From Caulobacteraceae bacterium (GTDB lineage Bacteria > Pseudomonadota > Alphaproteobacteria > Caulobacterales > Caulobacteraceae): a stretch of DNA of 64,000 nucleotides. The notes under the pieces are model-generated. The model had not been told where the DNA came from and did no database searches. It saw only the letters and a list, made by a program, of their open reading frames with translations. Where the stretch lies: NCBI GenBank assembly GCA_036488935.1, contig DASXGR010000047.1:150-64149 (forward strand), in the 5' to 3' direction. Positions 38,589-47,650 of the stretch are shown one piece after another. The position numbers and the translations under genes are program-made. Each line of letters opens with the position of its first letter. Position 1 is the first letter of the stretch.

Positions 38589-40010
38589 TCAGGCGGCGCG
38601 CGCTTGCGGTCCGATGATCCCCGAGGCCGTCATGAGCCGGCGGCCCATCTCCGCGGCCCGGCGTGCGCCCACCGGCTCGGACGCCACCGAAGCATGGGCG
38701 AACTTCCGCAGCCTGCCGGCCACCATCACCGTGTGCACGTTGGCGACGCTGCTGTGGAAGACCACGGCCTGGACCGGGTTCGCGAGCGGCGAGGAGAACT
38801 CGTGGTCCCAGGAAAGCATCGTCAGGTCGGCGTCCTTTCCCGGCCGGATCGAACCGATGCGGTGATCGAGGCGCAGGGCGCGCGCGCCCTCCAGGGTGGC
38901 GCTGAGTAGGATGTCGCGCGCGCCGATGGCCACGCGCTCGGGCATGGCCCCTCCGGCGTGGGCGTCGGCGTTGGCGAGCATGCGCTGGGCCTGAACCGCG
39001 AAGCGCATCTGGGAGAACATGTCGGCGCTGACGCTGGAGACAACATCGGTGCCCAGGGTGATGCGCCCGCCGGCGGCCTGGACCCGTCCGGTCACCGGCA
39101 AGCCGTGGCCCATCTGCATCTCCACTTCCGGCGTCACCGAGATGCTGGCGCCGAGCTCGACAGCCATGGCGATCTCGTCGTCGCCCAGACGATTGCAGTG
39201 GGTGAGGTTGATGTCCGGCCCAAGCAATCCGGCCTCGGCCAGCCGGCGGCCGTGGGGGACGTAGTCCCCGTACACGCCCACGGCCAGATGCATGCTCGCG
39301 ATGATCCCCAGGGATCGGGCCAGCTCGATGTCCGCCTGGTTCACCTCGTCCACGGCGAAGTCCGGACCGCGCATGGAAAGGCCCAGGGTCACCAGGGCGT
39401 CGTCCGAGGCCAGACGCGTCCTGCGCAGGCGCACGATGTCCTGCGGGTGGGTCTCGCGGCTCTGATAGTACCACCGGGAGACATCGTCCCCGGGCGTTCC
39501 GTGGCCGAATACCGCGCGGATCCCCGAGGCCTGCAGGGCGTCGATCGCAGCGTCCGCATGCTCGGGCGTGTTGAGGATGTGAGCCCAGTCGTAGACGGTG
39601 GTCACGCCGGCCTCGATCTGCTCGATCGCGCCCAGGAGGGTCGCGACGTGCACGTCCTCGGGCCGGTAGTGCTTGCCGGCCTCGCCCAGGATGAACTGGA
39701 GATAGTCGCCGAAGGCGTAGTCGCCGCCGCAGCCCTTGATGGTCGTCTGCCACAGATGGATGTGGCTGTTCACGAACCCGGGGATCACCACCTTGTCCAC
39801 GCCATCGATGACCGCCGCGCCTTCGCAGGCGAGATTCGGTCCGACCTCGGCGATCTTCCCATCCTTGACGAGGATGTCGCCGACGAGATCTCCGATCTGT
39901 TCCTCGAGGGTGATCACGTGCGCCCCCCGGATCAGGATCGGCCGGGATGGATCGAGGAGTTCCTCGCGCTGAGCCTCGGCTCGCGGATCGGCAGGCCTGG
40001 ACACGGTCAT
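38589..40010 (-). CDS. Amidohydrolase superfamily protein (Atz/Trz/SAH-deaminase-like)
   Basis: PGFVNSHIHLWQT, GVTTVYDW, SMHL, THCN, LGTD, GSIRPGKDADL; GAGGAG RBS before 40010. Confidence 0.9.
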   Translation of the reverse strand: MTVSRPADPRAEAQREELLDPSRPILIRGAHVITLEEQIGDLVGDILVKDGKIAEVGPNLACEGAAVIDGVDKVVIPGFVNSHIHLWQTTIKGCGGDYAFGDYLQFILGEAGKHYRPEDVHVATLLGAIEQIEAGVTTVYDWAHILNTPEHADAAIDALQASGIRAVFGHGTPGDDVSRWYYQSRETHPQDIVRLRRTRLASDDALVTLGLSMRGPDFAVDEVNQADIELARSLGIIASMHLAVGVYGDYVPHGRRLAEAGLLGPDINLTHCNRLGDDEIAMAVELGASISVTPEVEMQMGHGLPVTGRVQAAGGRITLGTDVVSSVSADMFSQMRFAVQAQRMLANADAHAGGAMPERVAIGARDILLSATLEGARALRLDHRIGSIRPGKDADLTMLSWDHEFSSPLANPVQAVVFHSSVANVHTVMVAGRLRKFAHASVASEPVGARRAAEMGRRLMTASGIIGPQARAA

Positions 40011-40022
40011 TCTACGCACTCC

Positions 40023-41381
40023 TCAACTCAAATCGGCCGGTTGCAGGCCGACCTCTCGGCAGATCCTTCGGCCGGACTCACCCAGTTCCGCGGCCAGGTC
40101 GGCCAGGTCCGGGCAGAGCAGACGCCCGTGACGCTTGCGCCAGACGCCCGCGATCATGACCGAATCGATGTTGCCGGGGTTTGCCTGCATCACGACGCTC
40201 GAGACGGGATCGTGGATCGGGTGCAGGTTCAGGGCGTCGCTGCGGACAAGGACGAGATCGGCCTGCTTGCCCGGCGCGATCGAGCCGATGCGATCCTCCT
40301 GACCCAGCATGCGCGCGCCCTCGCGCGTCACCCAGCGCAGGGCGTCACGGGTGCGCAGCCGGGCCTTGCCACCGAACGCGCCCCGCTCGCGCGCCGCGAT
40401 GTTGTCCAGGCAGCGCTGATGGGTCAGGGCCATGCGCGCCACGGTAAGCATGTCAGCCGAATGGGCGCTCTCGATGTCCGCCCCGAGGGACGGGCTCGCC
40501 CCCAGGTCATGCAGGCGTCCCACGATTGGGTGGCCGTGACCCGAGATCAGCTCCGACTCGGGCGTGACGGTGAAGCGGACGTCCAGGGCGACGAACCGCT
40601 CGAGCTGGGCGTCGCTGAGATCATTGCCGTGCACGATGTTGACGTGCGGCCCGATCAGGCCCTCGGCTTCCAGCCGGTTCCAGCCATCTGGGTCGCGGGG
40701 CGGCCCACCGCCCTGATGCATGGAGGCGATCAGGCCGAACTCCTTGGCGAGGGCGAAGTCCTGCAGCGAGACCGCAAGTGTGGCGTAGTGGGGACCGAGG
40801 ATCGCCATCCCCAGCGAGATCATGCCACCGTCCGCCTCCAGCTCCCGGCGCAGGCGCTCGATCTCATCGCGCGGATGGGGAACCTCCCAATAGGGCGGCT
40901 CACCCGGCCGCGGGTCGGGCTTGGGCGTTCCGTGCATGAAGCACGCCCGGATCCCCGAGGCGCGGAGACCGGCGATCGCCGCGTCTGTATGTGCGGGCGT
41001 GGGATTGTTGTGGCACCAGTCGACCAGAGTGGTGGCGCCGGAATTTATCTGGTTCAGGGCCCCAAAAAGGGTGGCGATCTGGATGTCCCGCGGCCGGAAG
41101 TGGGTCGCGAGCCCGGCATGCATCCAACGGGCGTATTCGGGAAAGGTCCAGTTCGAGGAGATCGAGCGCAGGGCGGTTTGCCAGGTGTGCATGTGGGCGT
41201 TCACCAGGCCGGGAAGGACGATGAGATCGCCCCCCTCGACCACTTCGGCGTCCTGCGAGGGCAGATCACGGCCGACCGCAGCAATCACATCGTTCCGTAC
41301 AAGGACGTCACCATGCACGAGGTCGTCCTCACCCCCCTCCATCGTGATGATGGTCGCCCCGCGTATCAGGACAGAGGTCAT
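40023..41381 (-). CDS. Amidohydrolase superfamily protein, paralog 2
   Basis: PGLVNAHMHTWQT, GATTLVDW, SMHQ, VHGN, LGAD, GSIAPGKQADL; AGGAG RBS before 41381. Confidence 0.9.
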   Translation of the reverse strand: MTSVLIRGATIITMEGGEDDLVHGDVLVRNDVIAAVGRDLPSQDAEVVEGGDLIVLPGLVNAHMHTWQTALRSISSNWTFPEYARWMHAGLATHFRPRDIQIATLFGALNQINSGATTLVDWCHNNPTPAHTDAAIAGLRASGIRACFMHGTPKPDPRPGEPPYWEVPHPRDEIERLRRELEADGGMISLGMAILGPHYATLAVSLQDFALAKEFGLIASMHQGGGPPRDPDGWNRLEAEGLIGPHVNIVHGNDLSDAQLERFVALDVRFTVTPESELISGHGHPIVGRLHDLGASPSLGADIESAHSADMLTVARMALTHQRCLDNIAARERGAFGGKARLRTRDALRWVTREGARMLGQEDRIGSIAPGKQADLVLVRSDALNLHPIHDPVSSVVMQANPGNIDSVMIAGVWRKRHGRLLCPDLADLAAELGESGRRICREVGLQPADLS

Positions 41382-41470
41382 CGTCGGACTCCTGGGACTC
41401 GAGGCGGACATGCCTCGCGCGGCCGCCGGCGCCTCCCAACGCCCGGCGGCCTCTTCTGCAAACAGCTCGT

Positions 41471-42526
41471 CTATGGTCTTGCCCTTGGCTGTCGCGGCTG
41501 AGCGGTGGATGCGCGGGCCACGAGGTCGGGCTTGAGGACCAGGTCGACGCCGCCCTCGGCGGCGCCTTGGACTTTCTTCAGCAGGATCTCCGCGGACCGT
41601 TCGCCCATTTCGCGATGGCGGATGCGCACGGTGGTGAGCGGCGGGGAGATCAGGTCGACGAAGGGCATGTCGTTGTGCCCCACGACCGAGATGTCGCCGG
41701 GGCAGGCGAGACCCCGGTCGGCCAGGGCGTCGTAGAGGCCGATCGCCAGAAGGTCGTTGGCCGCCACCACGGCGGTGAGGTCGGGCCTCCGGTCCAAAAG
41801 CCGCGAAGCGGCCTCCCGGCCGGCCTCGCGGGAGAAGGCCGTGGCAAGGATCACATTGGCGCCCGGCGCGGGCAGGTGATGCGCCTGCATCGCGGCGCCG
41901 AAACCTTCCAGGCGTCCCTTTCCCGTGGAGAGGTTCAGCGGACCGGCGATGTGCCCGATATGGCGGTGGCCGAGTTCGACCAGATGGTCGACCGCCAGCT
42001 TCATGCCCCGCGCGTCGTCGCTGACCACCGAGGAGACCCGATGGTCGCCGGCCGCCTCGCTGCGGTTGATCACCACGACGGGCGCGCCCGCCTTGAGGCA
42101 GAAGTCGACGAGCGAGTCGCGGCGCGTGACCGTCGCCAGGATCAGGCCGTCGACCTGACGGGCGAGCAGGCGCTCGACGACCAGCCGCTGATGCGCCTCC
42201 TCGGAGCCGGCGTTGGCGACGATCGCCACATAGCGCTCGGCGGACAGCACCGCCTCGATGCCCTCGAGTATGGGTGGGAAGACCGGGTTCGTGATGTCGG
42301 GCAGGACGACGCCGACGGTCATCGAATTGCGCGTGCGCAGGCTGGCGGCCAGGTCGTTGCGCACGTAGCCGAGCTCTTCGGCTGCAGCCAGGATCCGCGC
42401 CGTGACGTCCTCGGACAGGCGATGGCGCGTCGCCGGGTTGAGCGCGCGCGACACGGTGGAGGGGTGCACTCCCACCTTCCGGGCAATGTCCTGCGCCGTA
42501 TAGCGTCCCGCGCCAGTGACGTGCAT
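41471..42526 (-). CDS. LacI-family transcriptional regulator
   Basis: TAQDIARKVGVHPSTVSRALN, LGY.RN..AASLR, NPVFP, HRHIGHIAG, GDISVVGHND. Confidence 0.95.
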   Translation of the reverse strand: MHVTGAGRYTAQDIARKVGVHPSTVSRALNPATRHRLSEDVTARILAAAEELGYVRNDLAASLRTRNSMTVGVVLPDITNPVFPPILEGIEAVLSAERYVAIVANAGSEEAHQRLVVERLLARQVDGLILATVTRRDSLVDFCLKAGAPVVVINRSEAAGDHRVSSVVSDDARGMKLAVDHLVELGHRHIGHIAGPLNLSTGKGRLEGFGAAMQAHHLPAPGANVILATAFSREAGREAASRLLDRRPDLTAVVAANDLLAIGLYDALADRGLACPGDISVVGHNDMPFVDLISPPLTTVRIRHREMGERSAEILLKKVQGAAEGGVDLVLKPDLVARASTAQPRQPRARP

Positions 42527-42535
42527 TCGATTGCG
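42522..42535. promoter_or_regulatory. LacI-type operator 1 (overlaps the lacI start codon)
   Basis: TGCATTCGATTGCG, two mismatches from the palindrome TGCAATCGATTGCA; fits the LacI consensus TGnAAnCGnTTnCA. Confidence 0.7.
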
Positions 42536-42644
42536 CATGAGTTGCTTATTCGACTCGGGCGTCCAGCTTGTCAACGTCCATCACGATAACCTGTGCTACC
42601 CTCTGGCTCCCTTGACTCTCGCAGCCGGGACATGAAATGGGTTG

Positions 42645-42658
42645 TGCAATCGAATGCA
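42645..42658. promoter_or_regulatory. LacI-type operator 2 (upstream of the dioxygenase)
   Basis: TGCAATCGAATGCA, one mismatch from the palindrome. Confidence 0.75.
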
Positions 42659-42669
42659 TGGAGAGCCCC

Positions 42670-43560
42670 ATGATCATCGAGCAGGAGCACGAGATCACGC
42701 CCGCCGTGGAGCAGGCGATGTCGCGCACGCCTGACCTCCGCCTGCGCGAGGTGATGGCCGCTTTCGTGCGCCACGCCCACGCCTTCGTGCGAGAGGTGCA
42801 TCCCACCGAGGAGGAGTTCGAGGCCGGGATGAGGTTCCTGGCCGCCCTCGGCCACCACACCAACGACGTGAACAACGAAGTGGTGCTGGCCGCCGACGTG
42901 CTGGGCGTCTCGTCGCTGGTCGGCCTGCTCAACAACGAGCGGGGCTGCGGTCAGACTGCCGCGGCGCTGCTGGGGCCCTTCTGGCGCGACAACGCCCCGC
43001 ACTACGAACTGGGCGCCAACATCGTCCAGTCGGACACTCCCGGCATTCCACTGTTTGTGTCAGGCGTCGTGCGCGACACGAGTGGCGCTCCGATCACGGG
43101 CGCATCCGTGGACGTCTGGCACGCCTCGCCAGTCGGCCTGTACGAAAACCAGGATCCCGAGCAGGCGGAGATGAACCTCCGGGGGCTGTTCAAGACCGAC
43201 GCGCAGGGCCGCTTCCATTTCCGCTCTGTGCGGCCGGCGGGCTATCCGGTGCCGACCGACGGCCCGATCGGCGATCTGCTGCGCGCCCAGCTGCGCCACC
43301 CCTTCCGGCCCGCGCACATCCACTTCATGGTCACCAAGCCGGGCTTCAAGACGCTCGTCACCCAGATCTTCTCGGACGACGCCGAACATCTGGAGACGGA
43401 CGTCACCTTCAGCGTCATCCGCTCGATCGTGGGCCGTTACGTGCGCCACGAGAGCGGACCGGCTCCGGCGCCCGACGTCACGTCGCCCTACTACACCCTC
43501 GAATACGACTTCGTGCTCGAGGCGGGCGAGATGCGCATCCCCGTTCCCCCGATCCGCTGA
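42670..43560 (+). CDS. Intradiol ring-cleavage dioxygenase (hydroxyquinol/catechol 1,2-dioxygenase family)
   Basis: N-terminal dimerisation helices (RLREVM..FVRH.H.FVRE, D.LGVSSLV), LLGPFW, Fe ligands Tyr (GLYENQD), Tyr (GYPVPTDGP), RPAHIH. Confidence 0.93.
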   Translation: MIIEQEHEITPAVEQAMSRTPDLRLREVMAAFVRHAHAFVREVHPTEEEFEAGMRFLAALGHHTNDVNNEVVLAADVLGVSSLVGLLNNERGCGQTAAALLGPFWRDNAPHYELGANIVQSDTPGIPLFVSGVVRDTSGAPITGASVDVWHASPVGLYENQDPEQAEMNLRGLFKTDAQGRFHFRSVRPAGYPVPTDGPIGDLLRAQLRHPFRPAHIHFMVTKPGFKTLVTQIFSDDAEHLETDVTFSVIRSIVGRYVRHESGPAPAPDVTSPYYTLEYDFVLEAGEMRIPVPPIR

Positions 43561-43568
43561 GCCCGCCA

Positions 43569-44324
43569 ATGACAACCGCTTCCCTACCCCTCGCCGGCAA
43601 GGTGGCCGTCGTGCTTGGCGGGTCGGGCGCCATCGGTTCCGCCGCCGGCGCCCTCTTGGCCGAAGCCGGCGCGCGAGTCGCAGTGGTCGCCGCCCGGGAC
43701 GCCGCAAGGGCAGCGCAGGTCGCCGGCGCGCTGATGGGCGGGCCTCATGGAGCCTATGCCGCAGCGATCCAGGACACCCAGGCTCTAGGAGACCTCGCCA
43801 AGGCCATCCGCACCGAGATGGGTCGCGCGGACATCCTGGTGAACTCCGCCGGCATGACGCGCCCGGTCCCCCACGCGGACCTGGACGCCCTGACCGACGA
43901 GATCTTCGACGAGGTGATGGCCGTGAACTGCCGCGGCGCCTTCGCGGCGGTCCGCGCTTTCGCCCCGCTCCTGCGCGAGAGCGGCGACGGCCTGGTCGTC
44001 AACATCTCCTCGATCGCGGCGACTACCGCCGTGGGTTCAAGCATCGCCTACTGCGCCGCCAAGGCGGGCATGGACGTGATGGGCGCGGCCCTGGCTCGCG
44101 CCCTCGCGCCAGCCATCCGCGTGCTGACCATCTCGCCGGGCGTGGTGGACTCCGACTTCGTGCCGGGCCGCGACCGTGCATGGAGCGACAAGGCCGCCGC
44201 CTCCACGCCGCTGAAGCGACTGGCCAGCGCCGAGGACGTCGGCAGGGCGGTCCTGGCCTGCGCCGTCAATCTTCCGTTCTCGACCGGATCGGTGATCCAG
44301 GTCGATGGCGGCCGCCACCTCTGA
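43569..44324 (+). CDS. SDR family oxidoreductase
   Basis: LGGSGAIG, DILVNSAG, VNISSIAA, YCAAK, ISPG.VD, VDGG. Confidence 0.93.
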   Translation: MTTASLPLAGKVAVVLGGSGAIGSAAGALLAEAGARVAVVAARDAARAAQVAGALMGGPHGAYAAAIQDTQALGDLAKAIRTEMGRADILVNSAGMTRPVPHADLDALTDEIFDEVMAVNCRGAFAAVRAFAPLLRESGDGLVVNISSIAATTAVGSSIAYCAAKAGMDVMGAALARALAPAIRVLTISPGVVDSDFVPGRDRAWSDKAAASTPLKRLASAEDVGRAVLACAVNLPFSTGSVIQVDGGRHL

Positions 44325-44337
44325 GCGAGACCGAGGC

Positions 44338-45222
44338 ATGCTGGAAAAGCCGATCATCACCTGCGCCATCACCGGCAACCTCACCACGGTCGAGCAGAAT
44401 CCGCACTTGCCGGTAACGCCCGAGCAGATCGCGGAGGCGGTGCTGGAGGCCGCCGAGGAAGGCGCCGCGATCTCTCACATCCATGTGCGTGACCCGGCCA
44501 CCGGCCGCCCCTCGATGGAGCTGGACTACTACCGCGAGGTCATGGACCTGGTGCGCCGCCGCAACCGCGACGTGGTGATCAACCTGACCACGGGACCGGG
44601 CGGGCGGTTCGTCCCTGGCGAGGAGGATCCCAGCGCCGCCGGCCCCGGCACCACGCTTTGCCGGCCCGAAAAGCGGGTCGAGCACATCGCCATCCTCAAG
44701 CCGGACATCGCCACGCTGGATCTCAACACGATGAACTCCGGCGAACAGGTCGTGATCAACACGCCGCGCAACGTCGCGCGCATGGCCCGCGTCATCCGCG
44801 CCGCGGGCGTGACGCCGGAGATCGAGCTCTTCGACTCCGGCGACGTCCACCTCGCCCGCGCCCTGATCGCCGCCGGCGAACTCGAGGGGCCGGGACTGTT
44901 CTCGATCGTCATGGGGGTGCGCTACGGCTTCGACGCCTCGCCCGAGACCCTGATGTACGCGCGCAACCTGCTGCCGGCCGGCGCCCTATGGACGGGCTTT
45001 GGCATCGGCCGCTCGGCCCTGCCCATGGTCGCCCAGTCCTGGCTGCTTGGCGGCAATGTGCGGGTCGGCATGGAAGACACGGTCTACATCGCCAAGGGCG
45101 AGCTGGTGCGGTCGAACGGCCAGCTCGTCCGACGGGCTCGCGAGATCCTCCAATCCCTTGGTGTTTCCCCCGCCACGCCCGCCGAGGCGCGCCGCGCGCT
45201 CGGCCTCGCCCCGGTCGCTTAG
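44338..45222 (+). CDS. Beta-keto acid cleavage enzyme (BKACE/DUF849, Kce family)
   Basis: IITCAITG, PVTPEQIA, GAAISHIHVRD, PDIATL, PEIELFD.G, GGNVRVGMED, SN.QLV. Confidence 0.93.
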   Translation: MLEKPIITCAITGNLTTVEQNPHLPVTPEQIAEAVLEAAEEGAAISHIHVRDPATGRPSMELDYYREVMDLVRRRNRDVVINLTTGPGGRFVPGEEDPSAAGPGTTLCRPEKRVEHIAILKPDIATLDLNTMNSGEQVVINTPRNVARMARVIRAAGVTPEIELFDSGDVHLARALIAAGELEGPGLFSIVMGVRYGFDASPETLMYARNLLPAGALWTGFGIGRSALPMVAQSWLLGGNVRVGMEDTVYIAKGELVRSNGQLVRRAREILQSLGVSPATPAEARRALGLAPVA

Positions 45223-45231
45223 GAGGTCTGC

Positions 45232-46209
45232 GTGCAACGACTGAGAGTCTATGAGAAAGCCGCCGACATCGGCGCTCTGAAACTCGCCCTCGAGTCATGG
45301 GACCCGCCGGCCGCCGGGCCGGGCGAGGCCGTGGTCGAAATCCGCGCTTCCGGGGTCAATCCCTCGGACGTCAAGGCCACGCTGGGCGCGATGCCTCACG
45401 CCGTGTGGCCGCGCACGCCCGGCCGCGACTGGGCCGGCGTCGTCATCGATGGACCCGCTGAGCTGAAAGGGCGCGCAGTATGGGGCTCGAGCGGTGAGCT
45501 CGGGATCCGCAGGGACGGCGGCCACGCGAGCCATCTTGTCCTGGATGTCGCACAAGTCCGGCTCAAGCCGGAGACCGTCAGTCTGAGCGAGGCGGGCGCT
45601 GTCGGGGTGCCATTCGTCACGGCCTATGAAGGCCTGCGCCGCGCCGGACTTCCCGGCGCCGGAGACGTGGTGCTCGTGCTGGGCGCCAACGGCAAGGTGG
45701 GCCAGGCGACGATCCAGATCGCGACCATGCTGGGCGCGACGGTGTTCGGCGTGGAACGGTGGGCCGAAGCCTATGGCGGCCACGCCTCGGCGCCGGTGCG
45801 GATGATCGCGGCCGACGCGGAGGACCTCGCGCAGGTCGTGCGCGACGAGACGGACGGCCATGGCGCCGACATCGTCTTCAATACGGTCGGGAGCCCCTAT
45901 TTTCAGAAGGCGAACGCGGCCATGGCGCTGCGCGGCCGGCAGATCTTCATCTCCACGATCGAGCGGCCCGTCCCGTTCGACATCCTGGAGTTCTATCGCG
46001 GGCAGCGGACCTACGTCGGCATCGACACCCTGGGCATGGACGGGCGCGACAGCGCGCAGATCCTGGACGCCCTGGCGCCGGGTTTCGAGAGCAGGTCACT
46101 TCGCCCCTTCCCGGTGCTCGACGCCGCTGTCTATCCTCTCGAGCGGGCGAAGGACGCCTACGCCGCAGTCCTTTCCGGCGCCCGCGACCGCATCGTGCTC
46201 GCCCCATGA
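45232..46209 (+). CDS. MDR superfamily QOR/zeta-crystallin-type NAD(P)H oxidoreductase
   Basis: ASGVNPSD (no catalytic Zn Cys), PGRDWAGVV, VLVLGANGKVG, GADIVFNTVG; GTG start with AGGAGG RBS. Confidence 0.87.
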   Translation: MQRLRVYEKAADIGALKLALESWDPPAAGPGEAVVEIRASGVNPSDVKATLGAMPHAVWPRTPGRDWAGVVIDGPAELKGRAVWGSSGELGIRRDGGHASHLVLDVAQVRLKPETVSLSEAGAVGVPFVTAYEGLRRAGLPGAGDVVLVLGANGKVGQATIQIATMLGATVFGVERWAEAYGGHASAPVRMIAADAEDLAQVVRDETDGHGADIVFNTVGSPYFQKANAAMALRGRQIFISTIERPVPFDILEFYRGQRTYVGIDTLGMDGRDSAQILDALAPGFESRSLRPFPVLDAAVYPLERAKDAYAAVLSGARDRIVLAP

Positions 46210-46541
46210 AGGTCACCCGTCTGGCCGACGCCCCAGCCTATTTCCCCGCGAACCACTTCGACATGAGGTGCCTGAGGCTGCAGGGTCACGAGGCCGGGCC
46301 GAGCGACACCCTGTGGCTGGGACTTTCCCAGCTTCTGCCGGGCGGCCGAACGACGCTGGACGCCGCGGCGGTCGAGAAGCTCTACGTCGTGCTGGAAGGC
46401 TCTGTGACCGTGTCGAACGGAGAGGAAGAAGTCACCCTGGAGCCCTGGGACTCCTGCCGTATTGCGCCCGGCGAGGGCCGGCAGCTGGAGAACCGGACCA
46501 ACCGGCCGGCAAGCATCCTGCTGGCGATGCCCCTGACCTGA
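46206..46541 (+). CDS. Small cupin-fold protein
   Basis: PGG....EKLYVVLEG.V.V..G.EEVTL.PWDSCRIAPGE.R.LEN; ATGA overlap with the upstream gene. Confidence 0.85.
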   Translation: MKVTRLADAPAYFPANHFDMRCLRLQGHEAGPSDTLWLGLSQLLPGGRTTLDAAAVEKLYVVLEGSVTVSNGEEEVTLEPWDSCRIAPGEGRQLENRTNRPASILLAMPLT

Positions 46542-46543
46542 AG

Positions 46544-46567
46544 CGGGGCGGAAGAAGCTCCGCCCCG
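46544..46567. terminator. Hairpin between convergent cupin and cobS genes
   Basis: CGGGGCGGA-agaagc-TCCGCCCCG, 9-bp perfect stem. Confidence 0.6.
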
Positions 46568-46579
46568 TCCCCTTAGCTC

Positions 46580-47587
46580 CTACGCCACCTTCACCCGCGC
46601 GGCGCTCTCGGGCAGGTCGGCGCCGAACGCGCGCTGGTAGAACTCGGCCACTGTCGGGCGCTCGAGCTCGTCGCACTTGTTCAGGAAGGTGAGGCGGAAG
46701 GCCAGGCCCAGGTCGCCGCCGAAGATTTCGGCGTTCTGGGCCCAGGTGATCACGGTGCGGGGGCTCATGACGGTGGAGATGTCCCCGTTCATGAAGGCGT
46801 TGCGCGACATATCCGCGACGCGGACCATGGCCGCGATCTGACGACGGCCCTCGGCGGTCTTGCCGTAGTTGGGCGCCTTCGCCAGGACGATCTCGCCCTC
46901 CACGTCGTGAGGCAGGTAGTTGAGGGTGGTGACGATCGACCAACGGTCCATCTGACCCTGATTGATCTGCTGGGTGCCGTGGTAGAGCCCGGTCGTGTCG
47001 CCAAGGCCGATCGTGTTGGTGGTCGAGAACAGCCGGAAATATGGATTCGGCCGGATCACCCGGTTCTGGTCGAGCAGGGTCAGGCGGCCCTGAGCCTCCA
47101 GCACACGTTGAATGACGAACATCACGTCCGGACGGCCCGCATCGTATTCGTCGAACACCAGGGCCATTGGACGCTGCAGGCACCAGGGCAGCATGCCCTC
47201 ACGGAATTCGGTGACCTGCTTGCCTTCGCGAAGAACGATGGCGTCCTTGCCCACCAGGTCGATGCGGCTGACATGGCTGTCGAGGTTCACGCGGATCATC
47301 GGCCAGTTCAGCCGCGCCGCGACCTGCTCGATGTGGGTCGACTTGCCCGTACCGTGATAGCCCTGGACCATCACCCGGCGGTCGTAGGCGAACCCGGCGC
47401 AGATCGCCATCGTCGTCTGCGGGTCGAATCGGTAGGCCTCGTCGAAATCCGGGACGTGGCTGTCCCGGGTCGAGAAGGCGGGGACCATCATGTCCGAGTC
47501 CACGCCAAAGGTGTCGCGGATCGAGACCTTGCGGTCCGGCGTCAGCGTCAGGAGCGGATCTTCGGAGGTTTCGAGGGCGACGGGCAT
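46580..47587 (-). CDS. cobS: Cobaltochelatase subunit CobS (MoxR-type AAA+)
   Basis: [73 protein letters not shown]. Confidence 0.95.
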   Translation of the reverse strand: MPVALETSEDPLLTLTPDRKVSIRDTFGVDSDMMVPAFSTRDSHVPDFDEAYRFDPQTTMAICAGFAYDRRVMVQGYHGTGKSTHIEQVAARLNWPMIRVNLDSHVSRIDLVGKDAIVLREGKQVTEFREGMLPWCLQRPMALVFDEYDAGRPDVMFVIQRVLEAQGRLTLLDQNRVIRPNPYFRLFSTTNTIGLGDTTGLYHGTQQINQGQMDRWSIVTTLNYLPHDVEGEIVLAKAPNYGKTAEGRRQIAAMVRVADMSRNAFMNGDISTVMSPRTVITWAQNAEIFGGDLGLAFRLTFLNKCDELERPTVAEFYQRAFGADLPESAARVKVA

Positions 47588-47650
47588 GGCGGGGTTCACT
47601 AACGCGGCCCTTTGGCGGACGCAAACGCCGCGGGGCGAGTTGACGCAGGA

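Noticed and set aside
38958-41501. 847-aa plus-strand ORF; similar long ORFs at 19951-21969, 1872-3173 and 26348-27634
   Set aside because: Antisense shadows of well-supported genes, expected in high-GC DNA; no recognisable motifs or RBS
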